Of a DNA stretch of 64,000 nt, positions 1 to 8,746 are shown piece after piece. Position 1 is the stretch's first letter. Each line of letters opens with the position of its first letter. Origin of the DNA: Escherichia phage StefiGeyer_Bas88. The notes beneath the pieces are model-generated. The model was given only the letters and a program-made list of their open reading frames with translations. It did no database searches and had not been told where the DNA came from. The translations under genes and the position numbers were made by a program. The stretch lies in the sequence record PQ850628.1, one strand, 5' to 3'.

Positions 1-1542
1 ATGTCATTAGATAAAGAAATATATGAAGCACTAACTGGAGACAAGCTATCGGTAGAGGAGAAGAAGGCTCTGCTTGAAATGCTGAAGGATAGAGATCAAT
101 GGAGAAAGTATAATAGGATTCTTTCTTTTAAAGCATACCAGTTTCAGAAAGACTTTTATGCAGCGGGACTGAAGCATCGCTTTAGATTCCTGTGTGCAGC
201 TAACCGTGTCGGTAAATCTTACAGCGAGGCATACGAGTTTGCTTGTCATGTCACAGGTCGCTACCCAACTTGGTGGACAGGATATAGATTTAATCGACCC
301 ATATTGGCTTGGGCAGTAGGGATTACAGGGGACTCTACAAGAAAGGTATTGCAAAAGGAATTATTTGGAACACCTATCGGAAAGGATACAAACTTACTAG
401 GGACAGGTGTTATTCCTCGTGATGCTATCGTCATTGACACGATAGAACGAGATGGAAACAAATTACAGATCGTACAAATCAAGCACCAAAATGCTAGAGG
501 CGAATTTGATGGGCTGAGTACGTTAGAGTTTCGTTCTACCCAACAGGGTGAACACACATTAATGGGTGCTACAGTGGATTACATTTGGCTGGACGAAGAA
601 GATCCTTATGAAAGTATGGCAATCTTCTCTCAGTGCGTAACACGTACACTTACTACTAAAGGTTTAGTTACGATTACAGCTACACCAGAGAACGGATTAA
701 CAGAGCTGGTGGACAAGTTTATGAAAGGTGAAGGGGACGAGAACACAGGTTCTCTGTATTTCCAAAATGCTTCTTGGTGGGATGCTCATGTGGACCTAGG
801 TGGTCACATCTCTGACCAAGATATAAAGGATATGACAGAAGGTATTCCGGCATGGCAGCTAGAGATGCGCTCTAAAGGTATGCCTCTGTTGGGTTCAGGT
901 TTGATTTATGATGTATCTGATGATTCAATTAAGTGTGACCCGTTTGAAATTCCTGATACGTGGAAACGTGTTTGTGCCATTGATATTGGTATTGATCACC
1001 CGACGGCAGCTGTATGGTCAGCTTATGATGCTAACACCGATACAATCTACATTTATGACTGCTATAAAGAAAGTGGCTTTACTCCAGTGTATCATGCACC
1101 AGCTATTAATGGTCGTGGTCAGTGGATTCCAGTCATTCTTCCTCACGATGCTGATAACATTGAGAAGGGAAGTGGTGCTTCTGTAGCACAATTCTATAAA
1201 AATGCAGGAGTAAACGTACAAAATGATACCTTCCATAACAAGATCGGAATGGATGGTAAGAAGAACTTCTTTGTGGAGCCAGGAATTACTGATATTCGTG
1301 AGCGTATGATGTCAGGTCGATTCAAAGTCTTTAATACTACCGCATGTGCTAAGCTCTTTGAAGAGAAAGCACGTTACCATCGAAAAGTTGGTAAGATTAT
1401 TAAAGAACATGATGACCTTATGGACGCAATGCGATATTCAGCTTGTTCTGTTACACACAGAGGTCGGTCTAAGCATGACGCTAGCTATGGTAGCTCGTCG
1501 CTTTATCAAGAAAATATTAACAGATGGAATCAAAGCTACTAA
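1..1542 (+). CDS. terL: terminase large subunit
   Basis: Walker A-like LCAANRVGKS, Walker B-like IWLDEED, C-terminal nuclease-like acidic residues (CAIDIGIDHP, DDLMDAMRY); first gene of the structural module; starts at window position 1 so the true 5' end may lie upstream. Confidence 0.8.
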   Translation: MSLDKEIYEALTGDKLSVEEKKALLEMLKDRDQWRKYNRILSFKAYQFQKDFYAAGLKHRFRFLCAANRVGKSYSEAYEFACHVTGRYPTWWTGYRFNRPILAWAVGITGDSTRKVLQKELFGTPIGKDTNLLGTGVIPRDAIVIDTIERDGNKLQIVQIKHQNARGEFDGLSTLEFRSTQQGEHTLMGATVDYIWLDEEDPYESMAIFSQCVTRTLTTKGLVTITATPENGLTELVDKFMKGEGDENTGSLYFQNASWWDAHVDLGGHISDQDIKDMTEGIPAWQLEMRSKGMPLLGSGLIYDVSDDSIKCDPFEIPDTWKRVCAIDIGIDHPTAAVWSAYDANTDTIYIYDCYKESGFTPVYHAPAINGRGQWIPVILPHDADNIEKGSGASVAQFYKNAGVNVQNDTFHNKIGMDGKKNFFVEPGITDIRERMMSGRFKVFNTTACAKLFEEKARYHRKVGKIIKEHDDLMDAMRYSACSVTHRGRSKHDASYGSSSLYQENINRWNQSY

Positions 1543-1609
1543 ATATAGTGGGGAGGCTAGTCCTCCCTTTAGTAGTTTACTCCAAGCTATCAACCGAGGG
1601 AGAGATTAG

Positions 1610-3853
1610 ATGGCTAAGAAGAAATTTAGTGAAGATATTTTGGATGAATTACGCGTTGACCTTCAACGTCGATTCAATTATGCACAAGGTTATGTAGACC
1701 TCGCTGTAAAAGGTTATTCTCGTGAGGCATGGGAATACTTCTACGGAAACTTACCAGCTCCAGTAACTGCTGGAAGCTCTAGTTGGGTAGACCGTACAGT
1801 ATGGGAGTCTGTTAACGGAACTCTCCAAGATATCATTAACGTATTCTGTTCAGGCGATGAAGCGGTGACGTTTGTTGCGGACAACCAAGCAGATTCGGAT
1901 GCAGCTGATGTAGCAACTAAGCTGGTAAACCAAATCTTGCTTCGTGATAATCCGGGATATAACATCATTTCCTCAGCGGCTCAGGAATGTCTGGTTACAC
2001 GTAACTCTTTTATCAAATACTATTGGGATGAACAAACCTCTACCCAAACAGAAGAGGCTGAGGGCGTACCTCCAGAAGCTTTGGCTGCATACGTACAAGG
2101 TATGGAAGCAGGCGGACTTCAAGATTTAGAAATCTTTACCACTGAAAATGATGATGGAACAGTGGACGTTAAAGTAACTTACAAACAAACAGTAAAACGT
2201 GTTAAAGTAGAATATGTTCCTTCAGAGCAAATCTTTGTTGATGAACATGCTACCTCTTTTGCAGATGCTCAGTATTTCTGTCATCGCACACGTAAATCTA
2301 AAGATGATTTATTAGCAATGGGCTTCCCTAAAGACGAGATCGAAGCGTTTAACGACTGGACTGATACAATGGACACCACTCAGTCTACAGTTGCTTGGTC
2401 ACGTACTGACTGGAGACAGGACATTGATGCAGACATTGGTGTGGACACTGAAGATGTGGCTTGCATGGTTTGGGTTTATGAGCATTACATCCGTACAGGT
2501 GTATTGGATAATAACAAAGAATCTAAACTCTATCAAGTAATCCAAGCAGGTGAGCATATTCTCTCTTGTGAAGAAGTAACTAGCATTCCGTTTGTTACTT
2601 TCTGTCCTTATCCTATTCCGGGCTCCTTCTATGGTCAATCCGTGTATGACATTACTAAAGATATTCAAGACCTACGTACAGCACTTGTCCGTGGTTACAT
2701 TGATAACGTTAACAACGCAAACTATGGTCGATATAAAGCCATTGTAGGAGCCTATGACCGTCGTTCTTTACTAGACAACCGTCCGGGTGGTGTAGTTGAA
2801 ATGGAGCGTCAGGATGCGATTGATCTCTTCCCTTACCACAACCTACCTCAAGGTATTGATGGTCTGTTAGGAATGTCTGAAGAGTTGAAAGAAACTCGTA
2901 CAGGTGTTACTAAACTTGGTATGGGTATTAACCCTGATGTATTTAAGAATGATAACGCATATGCAACCGTAGGTTTAATGATGAATGCTGCACAGAACCG
3001 TCTCCGTATGGTCTGTCGTAACATTGCTCATAATGGTATGGTTGAACTAATGCGCGGTATTTACAACCTTATCAGAGAAAATGGTGAAGTTCCTTTACAG
3101 GTTCAAACCCCTCGTGGTATGGTTGAAGTAAATCCTAAACAATTACCAGCTCGTCATAATTTACAAGTTGTTGTAGCTATCTCTCCTACTGAGAAATCAG
3201 AACGTGCACAGAAACTGATTAGCCTGAAGCAATTGATTGCTGCTGATGCTCAGCTTGCACCTCTCTTTACTCTGGAGCAAGATCGTTATATGACTGCACA
3301 GATCTTTGAGTTGATGGGTATTAAAGACACTCATAAATATCTTATGCCTCTTGAACAGTATCAACCTCCTCAGCCTTCTCCGATGGAAATCCTCCAGCTC
3401 GAGATGACTAAAGCTCAGGTTGAGAACGTACAGGCTTCTTCTCAGAAGATGATTGCTGATGCATTCGACCAGCGTGAACGTACTACGTTTGAACAGCAGA
3501 AAGCTGCGGACGAGTTCAGCTTACGTCAAGAAGAATTGCAATTCAAGCAAGAGAATGCTGCTGATCAGATGACTCTTGAAAACCGTAAGGAAGATAACTC
3601 AGCTACTCTTGAACAAGCTAAACATAAGCTTTCTCTCCTTCAGCAACAGGTTCGTCAATATGAATCTATACTGAAAGAACTCCAGATGACCATGAATCAT
3701 CAGGTTGATCTTGAGAAGGTAGACCAGCAAGCTAAAATTCAAGATAAGACTTTGGAACTCCAAAAGAAAGAAGCAAATGAAACTAAGAAAGAACAACAGA
3801 GTTCTCTCAAAGATTCTAGGATTCCTAATAGAAAGCTTGGTAGTAGAAAATAA
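1610..3853 (+). CDS. portal protein (putative)
   Basis: 747-aa ORF directly downstream of terL, ATG preceded by GAGGGAGAG; size and position typical of portal; long charged coiled-coil C-terminal tail. Confidence 0.65.
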   Translation: MAKKKFSEDILDELRVDLQRRFNYAQGYVDLAVKGYSREAWEYFYGNLPAPVTAGSSSWVDRTVWESVNGTLQDIINVFCSGDEAVTFVADNQADSDAADVATKLVNQILLRDNPGYNIISSAAQECLVTRNSFIKYYWDEQTSTQTEEAEGVPPEALAAYVQGMEAGGLQDLEIFTTENDDGTVDVKVTYKQTVKRVKVEYVPSEQIFVDEHATSFADAQYFCHRTRKSKDDLLAMGFPKDEIEAFNDWTDTMDTTQSTVAWSRTDWRQDIDADIGVDTEDVACMVWVYEHYIRTGVLDNNKESKLYQVIQAGEHILSCEEVTSIPFVTFCPYPIPGSFYGQSVYDITKDIQDLRTALVRGYIDNVNNANYGRYKAIVGAYDRRSLLDNRPGGVVEMERQDAIDLFPYHNLPQGIDGLLGMSEELKETRTGVTKLGMGINPDVFKNDNAYATVGLMMNAAQNRLRMVCRNIAHNGMVELMRGIYNLIRENGEVPLQVQTPRGMVEVNPKQLPARHNLQVVVAISPTEKSERAQKLISLKQLIAADAQLAPLFTLEQDRYMTAQIFELMGIKDTHKYLMPLEQYQPPQPSPMEILQLEMTKAQVENVQASSQKMIADAFDQRERTTFEQQKAADEFSLRQEELQFKQENAADQMTLENRKEDNSATLEQAKHKLSLLQQQVRQYESILKELQMTMNHQVDLEKVDQQAKIQDKTLELQKKEANETKKEQQSSLKDSRIPNRKLGSRK

Positions 3854-3862
3854 GGACACTAA

Positions 3863-4099
3863 ATGAATACTAGACAACAATTCAATAAAGAGCATGCCGC
3901 CGCTTTGGCGGCTCTCAATCATAACGGCATTCTTGACGCAGCATTAGAGGCATTAAAAGAAACCCTCATGAAAGACATAGTTTTAACTGATGTGCATGAG
4001 TCAAAGAAACGCGAAGAGTGTTATCAAAAGTATAAAATGGTTGGTAGCTTAAAAGAGGTCATAAAAGCTGCTATCAATAGTGCAGGAGATAATTCCTAA
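3863..4099 (+). CDS. hypothetical small protein
   Basis: 78-aa ORF between portal and scaffold genes, same strand, tight spacing. Confidence 0.4.
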   Translation: MNTRQQFNKEHAAALAALNHNGILDAALEALKETLMKDIVLTDVHESKKREECYQKYKMVGSLKEVIKAAINSAGDNS

Positions 4100-5178
4100 T
4101 GGCAAATGAATTTTTAGACCCAAACGATTTTAAATCATTCCTCCAACTTGATGACTTGAAAGGATCTTTTAAAGAAGACCTAAGTCGATTAGAATCTGAA
4201 CAAGAACCAGAAGTGGACATTGACAGTGAGTTTCCAGAAGATACTGGAGATAGCTTTGACTTTGATTCCGACCTTCTCGGTAAGGGTGATGAACTCACGT
4301 TCGAAGATGAAGAAGGATGGGATGATTCAGAGGAGGAAGGAGAAGACGATGAAGGTGATTCAGACGACGACTCTGATGAAGTTGTTGAGGATGAAGAACC
4401 AAGTGATGTAGATCACGATGATTCTACTGACAGTGAATACGAAGAAGGTGATGCTTTCGACGTAGATTATGAAACTGTTATCACCCTTCCTGATGGTCGT
4501 GAGATGACTATTGAAGAGTTATCAAATGGCTATGTTACTGGCTCCGATATGACTGAACGGGAAGCTGTTCTTCAGCGTCATGTTGAAGCTTTTGAAGAGC
4601 GTGTAGGTAGTTTAGCGGATGTATTAGAATTGGCGTCCTTAGAAGCAGACCGAGTAATTGAAGATTATAACGGTTTTGATTGGGACAAGCTAGCAGTTGA
4701 AGATCCACAAGCCTATGTTGAAAACAAACGCTTTTTAGAGAAGTACACTGCTCGTCGTCAGCAGCTTGAACAAGCGCAAGTTAAGATCAAGCAAGATGCA
4801 GCAGCAAAAGAACAGCAAGCCTTCCAAGCTAAATGTACCGAATGTGTTAATGTATTGAAACGTGAAATTCCTAATTGGGATGACAATGTTTATCAGAATC
4901 TGATGCAATATGCAATTGATCTCGGTGCTACAGAAGAAGAAGTCTTGAAAGAGAATCGTCCGTCTATTTTCCTAGCTTTGCACAAAGCATACCAATTCGA
5001 TAAAGGTAAGCAACAGGTAATGGCTAAGATTAAACGTCCGGGTTCTCCACGTAAGGTTGTGAAGTCCGACTCTTCTAAGTCTCGTACTTCCAATACGCCA
5101 GACAACGCTAAGGTTGCCAAGGCATTTTCAGAGGGTCGAATTCGTCACGAAGATGCATTTAAGTATCTCGTAGATTAA
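4099..5178 (+). CDS. scaffolding protein (putative)
   Basis: Position between portal and capsid; extremely acidic D/E tract (EDEEGWDDSEEEGEDDEGDSDDDSDEVVEDEE) and helical charged C-terminal half. Confidence 0.55.
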   Translation: MANEFLDPNDFKSFLQLDDLKGSFKEDLSRLESEQEPEVDIDSEFPEDTGDSFDFDSDLLGKGDELTFEDEEGWDDSEEEGEDDEGDSDDDSDEVVEDEEPSDVDHDDSTDSEYEEGDAFDVDYETVITLPDGREMTIEELSNGYVTGSDMTEREAVLQRHVEAFEERVGSLADVLELASLEADRVIEDYNGFDWDKLAVEDPQAYVENKRFLEKYTARRQQLEQAQVKIKQDAAAKEQQAFQAKCTECVNVLKREIPNWDDNVYQNLMQYAIDLGATEEEVLKENRPSIFLALHKAYQFDKGKQQVMAKIKRPGSPRKVVKSDSSKSRTSNTPDNAKVAKAFSEGRIRHEDAFKYLVD

Positions 5179-5218
5179 TCGACAAATTATTTTTAAATAG
5201 TATAGGAGCTAACATAAC

Positions 5219-6277
5219 ATGGCAAATCCAACTTTATTTGTATCTTACGACCAGAACGGTAAAAAACTTTCTTTTGCTAACTGGATTTCTGTCCTCTCTC
5301 CGCAAGATACTCCGTTTGTGTCTATGACTGGTAAAGAGTCTATCAACCAGACTATTTTCAGCTGGCAGACCGATGCACTGGCAAGTGTTGATGCTAACAA
5401 CGCACACGTTGAAGGCTCTCGCGCTGATGACGGTGAAATGCAACCGACTGTTATCAAATCTAACGTAACTCAGATCCTGCGTAAAGTGGTTCGTGTTTCT
5501 GATACTGCTAACACCACCGCTAACTACGGTCGTGGTCGTGAACTGATGTATCAGCTGGAGAAGAAAGGTAAAGAGATTAAACGTGACCTCGAGAAAATCT
5601 TGCTGTCCGGTCAGGCTCGTACCGACGTTCTGGCTGACCAGTACCTGACTAACTCAGCAGCTGATCCTGCTCTGGCTGGTCTGAATGATACTCATGCAGC
5701 TCGCAAGACTGGTGCTTTCCAGTTCCTGTGTGCTCATGGTGGTCTGTCTGGTAGCGTTGTTGATAAGACTAAGAACGGCCCTGCTGACCCGGATACCGGT
5801 GCAGTAACTGTTAAAGTTGCACAGAACGCATCTAACCCTACCACTAACGTAGGCTTTGATGAAGCAGATATCTTTGATATGACTCTTCAGCTGTATACCG
5901 CAGGTTCTGAAGCTGATATCATCATGATTAACCCTGCTCACGCTAGCATTTTTGCTAAGCTTCAGGAAAACTCTGTTGGTTCTCGTCAGCGTATCTTTGA
6001 GAACACTAAACAATTCATCTACGAAGTTAACAGCATCACCGACCCGCTGGGTCAGAGCTATAAAATCATCGTTAACCGTTGGATGCCTACTGATGCAGTT
6101 TACTTCTTCCGTAGCTCTGATTGGACTCAGATGGTTCTTCGTGCACCGAAGCGTACTGAACTGGCTAAAGACGGTTCTTACGAGAAGTGGATGATCGAGA
6201 TGGAAGTTGGTCTGCGTCACCGCAACCCGTATGCTTCCGGTGTACTGTTCACCGCTGCGGGAAAGGCGGGGGCGTAA
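5219..6277 (+). CDS. major capsid protein
   Basis: 352-aa ORF after scaffold gene, RBS AGGAG 10 nt upstream, strongly biased codon usage (ctg/cgt/ggt) typical of a highly expressed structural gene. Confidence 0.75.
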   Translation: MANPTLFVSYDQNGKKLSFANWISVLSPQDTPFVSMTGKESINQTIFSWQTDALASVDANNAHVEGSRADDGEMQPTVIKSNVTQILRKVVRVSDTANTTANYGRGRELMYQLEKKGKEIKRDLEKILLSGQARTDVLADQYLTNSAADPALAGLNDTHAARKTGAFQFLCAHGGLSGSVVDKTKNGPADPDTGAVTVKVAQNASNPTTNVGFDEADIFDMTLQLYTAGSEADIIMINPAHASIFAKLQENSVGSRQRIFENTKQFIYEVNSITDPLGQSYKIIVNRWMPTDAVYFFRSSDWTQMVLRAPKRTELAKDGSYEKWMIEMEVGLRHRNPYASGVLFTAAGKAGA

Positions 6278-7890
6278 CAGTTGACAGCGTAACTGTTAGT
6301 CCCGCGTCAGTGGATAGTCTGCTGACCGGGGCTACCCAACAGTTTACAGCTGAAGCAGAACTAAGCGATGGCTCCACATCTACTACAGGCTTTGATTGGT
6401 CAGTAGCCGGTGGTGGGGCTATTTCTGTTTCTGGACTGTTCACTGCTCCGGGTTCGCCTCAAACCGCTGATATTACAGTGACTACTACTCTTAAAGGTGT
6501 ATCAGGTACTGCCGTTATCTCGGAAATTAAAGCTCCAATCCCTGACCCAGCTTCCATTGCTGTAACTGGAGGTGGTCTAACTGGTGATACTCTCACCATA
6601 ACTGTTCCAGATGCTACCAGCCTGACTGCTTCTGTATCTCCTGCTGGTGCACCTCAAGGTGTTACTTGGGAAATTGCAGATCCGACTAAGGCTACGGTAA
6701 CAACTGCTGGTCGTGTAACTGCTGTTGCAGCAGGTAGCACTACCCTTACAATTAAATCTTCTACTAAACCTTCTGTCACTAAAGTGATTAATGTTGTTGT
6801 CAACCCCCAGCCTCCAACTATCGCGGCTAAAGCTGCTATTACTGGAAAATCTGGTGGAGACAGTGTCGCTTTTACAGACATGTTTACTGTTCAACGCTCA
6901 GCTGCTAGTGACTATAATTTTGTAGTAACTCCATCTGCTGCTGGTACAGTGAATGCTGCTGGTCAGCTCACTTTAGCTGGTACGGCTAGCGGTAACGTAA
7001 CTGTTAAAGCTACTCACAAGACGGTAACCTCTGTTACTGCAACTGCTAGTATTAATGGTGTAACCCCTCTTCCAACTGTCGTAGCTAAAGCTGCTGTTGC
7101 TGGTAAGATAGGCGGTGATACGGTTGCGTTTGCTGACATGTTTACAGTAACCAATTCTGCGGCATCTGAATACAACTTCGTTGTTACTCCGACAGCTGCT
7201 GGTTCCGTTAATACTTCTGGGTTGTTAACTCTGGCTGATACAGCTACCGGTGATGTGAGTGTCAAAGCTACTCATAAAATTAAAACAACTGTCACTGCTA
7301 CGTTCAATTTGACAGGTGTATCGCCAAAAGCTACAATTACAGGCAAGATAGTAGGTGGTAAATCCGCAGGAGGTACAGTAACGTTTGCTGAAATGTTTAC
7401 TGTTACTAACTCCGCAGCTACTAGCTATAATTTCGTAGTAACTCCAACTGCTGCCGGTTCTGTTAATGCTACCTCTGGCTTGTTAACCTTGTCAGATACA
7501 GCGAATGACAATGTAACTGTTAAGGCTACTCATAAAACCCAGACTTCAGTAACTGCAACTTCTACCATAGAAGACGTAATACCTAAACTTACTGGTTTAG
7601 TTGTTTCAGCAGTGTCTGATGGGTCAGTAGCTGGTGATACTTTGACAATCTCAGACCCAAGCCAACCGGGAGTTTTTAACATAGCTTCTGTTCCTCAAGG
7701 TGCTCCACTAGGAACTATCGTATATGATGTAGAAGGCACAGATGCAGACAAATTGAGTATTACCATTTCTGGTGATGCTTTAACAATTACGCTCTCTGGT
7801 GCTATCACTAGTGAAGATACTAAAGTAACCCTGAGAACTGACCCAGGTTCTACAGTGTTCAAAACCTACACCGTTAAATCTGGTGCTTAA
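5219..7890 (+). CDS. major capsid protein long form (capsid fused to C-terminal Ig-like domain extension via -1 frameshift)
   Basis: ORF 6187-7890 has no independent RBS or start separated from the capsid gene and overlaps the capsid 3' end in the -1 frame; extension is Thr/Val/Ala-rich beta-type sequence with three tandem Ig-like repeats. Confidence 0.5.
6259..6265 (+). promoter_or_regulatory. putative -1 programmed ribosomal frameshift slippery heptamer GGGAAAG
   Basis: X_XXY_YYZ heptamer in capsid frame 4 codons before the capsid stop (6275-6277); the -1 frame stays open to 7890; nested hairpin immediately downstream (GCGGG 6266-6270 with CCCGC 6301-6305; ACAGTT 6277-6282 with AACTGT 6291-6296). 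Confidence 0.5.
6826..7575 (+). repeat. three tandem ~250-bp (about 83-aa) Ig-like domain repeats inside the capsid extension
   Basis: Repeated protein unit AKAA(I/V)(T/A)GK.GGD.VAF.DMFTV.NSAAS.YNFVVTP.AAG.VN..G.LTLA.TA.G.V.VKATHK seen three times. Confidence 0.6.
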
Positions 7891-7894
7891 AACT

Positions 7895-7925
7895 AAGGCT
7901 GCCTTCGGGTGGCCTTTTCTCATTT
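7895..7925 (+). terminator. intrinsic terminator-like hairpin after capsid gene
   Basis: AAGGCTGCC-TTCG-GGTGGCCTT imperfect stem with UUCG loop followed by TTTTCTCATTTT. Confidence 0.5.
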
Positions 7926-7990
7926 TAAGACCCTTATAAGGAGATATGTAATGTATTCTCTTTGTCTATACACAACTAGGAGGACAAGTT

Positions 7991-8737
7991 ATGGCAATGC
8001 CTGACGTTCAATATCCCATCAATACCTACGGATGGCTCAAGAAAGCTGTGTCCCTCTGGGCTGACAGGGATGATGATGAATTTGTTAATCAGATTCCAAA
8101 CTTTATTAACTTTGCAGAGAAGGAAATTTATCGTAACTTACGAATCCCTCCTCTGGAGAAGGAAGTATATTTAGATATCAAGGATGGTATTGCTTTTATC
8201 CCTCCTGACTTTTTAGAAGCACAATGGATTATGAGAGCTTCAAACGGGATGATGTTCAGAGTAACCTCTCCTGAAGAACTTGACTGGTTGAAGAGAAATA
8301 ACTCAGTCAACCCATCCAATTGGAATCAAGGGGAAGTTGTTTTTGCTCGTTTAGGTAGTCGGTTTATGTTCTACCCTCTAATTGATGCAGATACTCCTGT
8401 TTACCCTGATGATGGAGCACCTGAAATCCCTGCTGAGAATGCTGTAGTTTTAAGCTATTATGCAGACCCACCGGAGTTCCACTCTGATGAAGATACCAGC
8501 GCTATTCTAACTATTGCTCCTGAGCTGCTTCTATATTTTACGCTGCGTCATGCTTCTTTATTCGTTCAAGACGATAATGGAGTTCAAAAGTGGTCAGCAC
8601 TTGGTAAAGCAATCCTTGACGAGATTGTGGAGCAGAGTAAGAAAGCAGAATACTCAGGTTCCCCTCTAGTAATCCCTAATACTATCAGCCGTCTTAATAG
8701 CTCACGAGAAGTGTACGGCATTCGTAGATACAGATAA
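7991..8737 (+). CDS. hypothetical virion protein (possible head-tail adaptor)
   Basis: 248-aa ORF with RBS TAGGAGGA; position between capsid and tail fibre genes. Confidence 0.45.
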   Translation: MAMPDVQYPINTYGWLKKAVSLWADRDDDEFVNQIPNFINFAEKEIYRNLRIPPLEKEVYLDIKDGIAFIPPDFLEAQWIMRASNGMMFRVTSPEELDWLKRNNSVNPSNWNQGEVVFARLGSRFMFYPLIDADTPVYPDDGAPEIPAENAVVLSYYADPPEFHSDEDTSAILTIAPELLLYFTLRHASLFVQDDNGVQKWSALGKAILDEIVEQSKKAEYSGSPLVIPNTISRLNSSREVYGIRRYR

Positions 8738-8746
8738 GGAGAACAT

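Noticed and set aside
1346-1609. 87-aa plus-strand ORF overlapping the terL 3' end
   Set aside because: Lies entirely within terL in another frame and no RBS precedes it; a small terminase would be expected upstream of terL, not inside it.
4290-4440. Extremely acidic D/E tract in the scaffold gene as a possible DNA-mimic anti-restriction protein
   Set aside because: It is part of a 359-aa protein in the canonical scaffold position; acidic tracts are common in scaffolding proteins.
5654-6220. 188-aa antisense ORF inside the major capsid gene
   Set aside because: Fully embedded antisense to a strongly codon-biased, well-supported capsid gene; no RBS.
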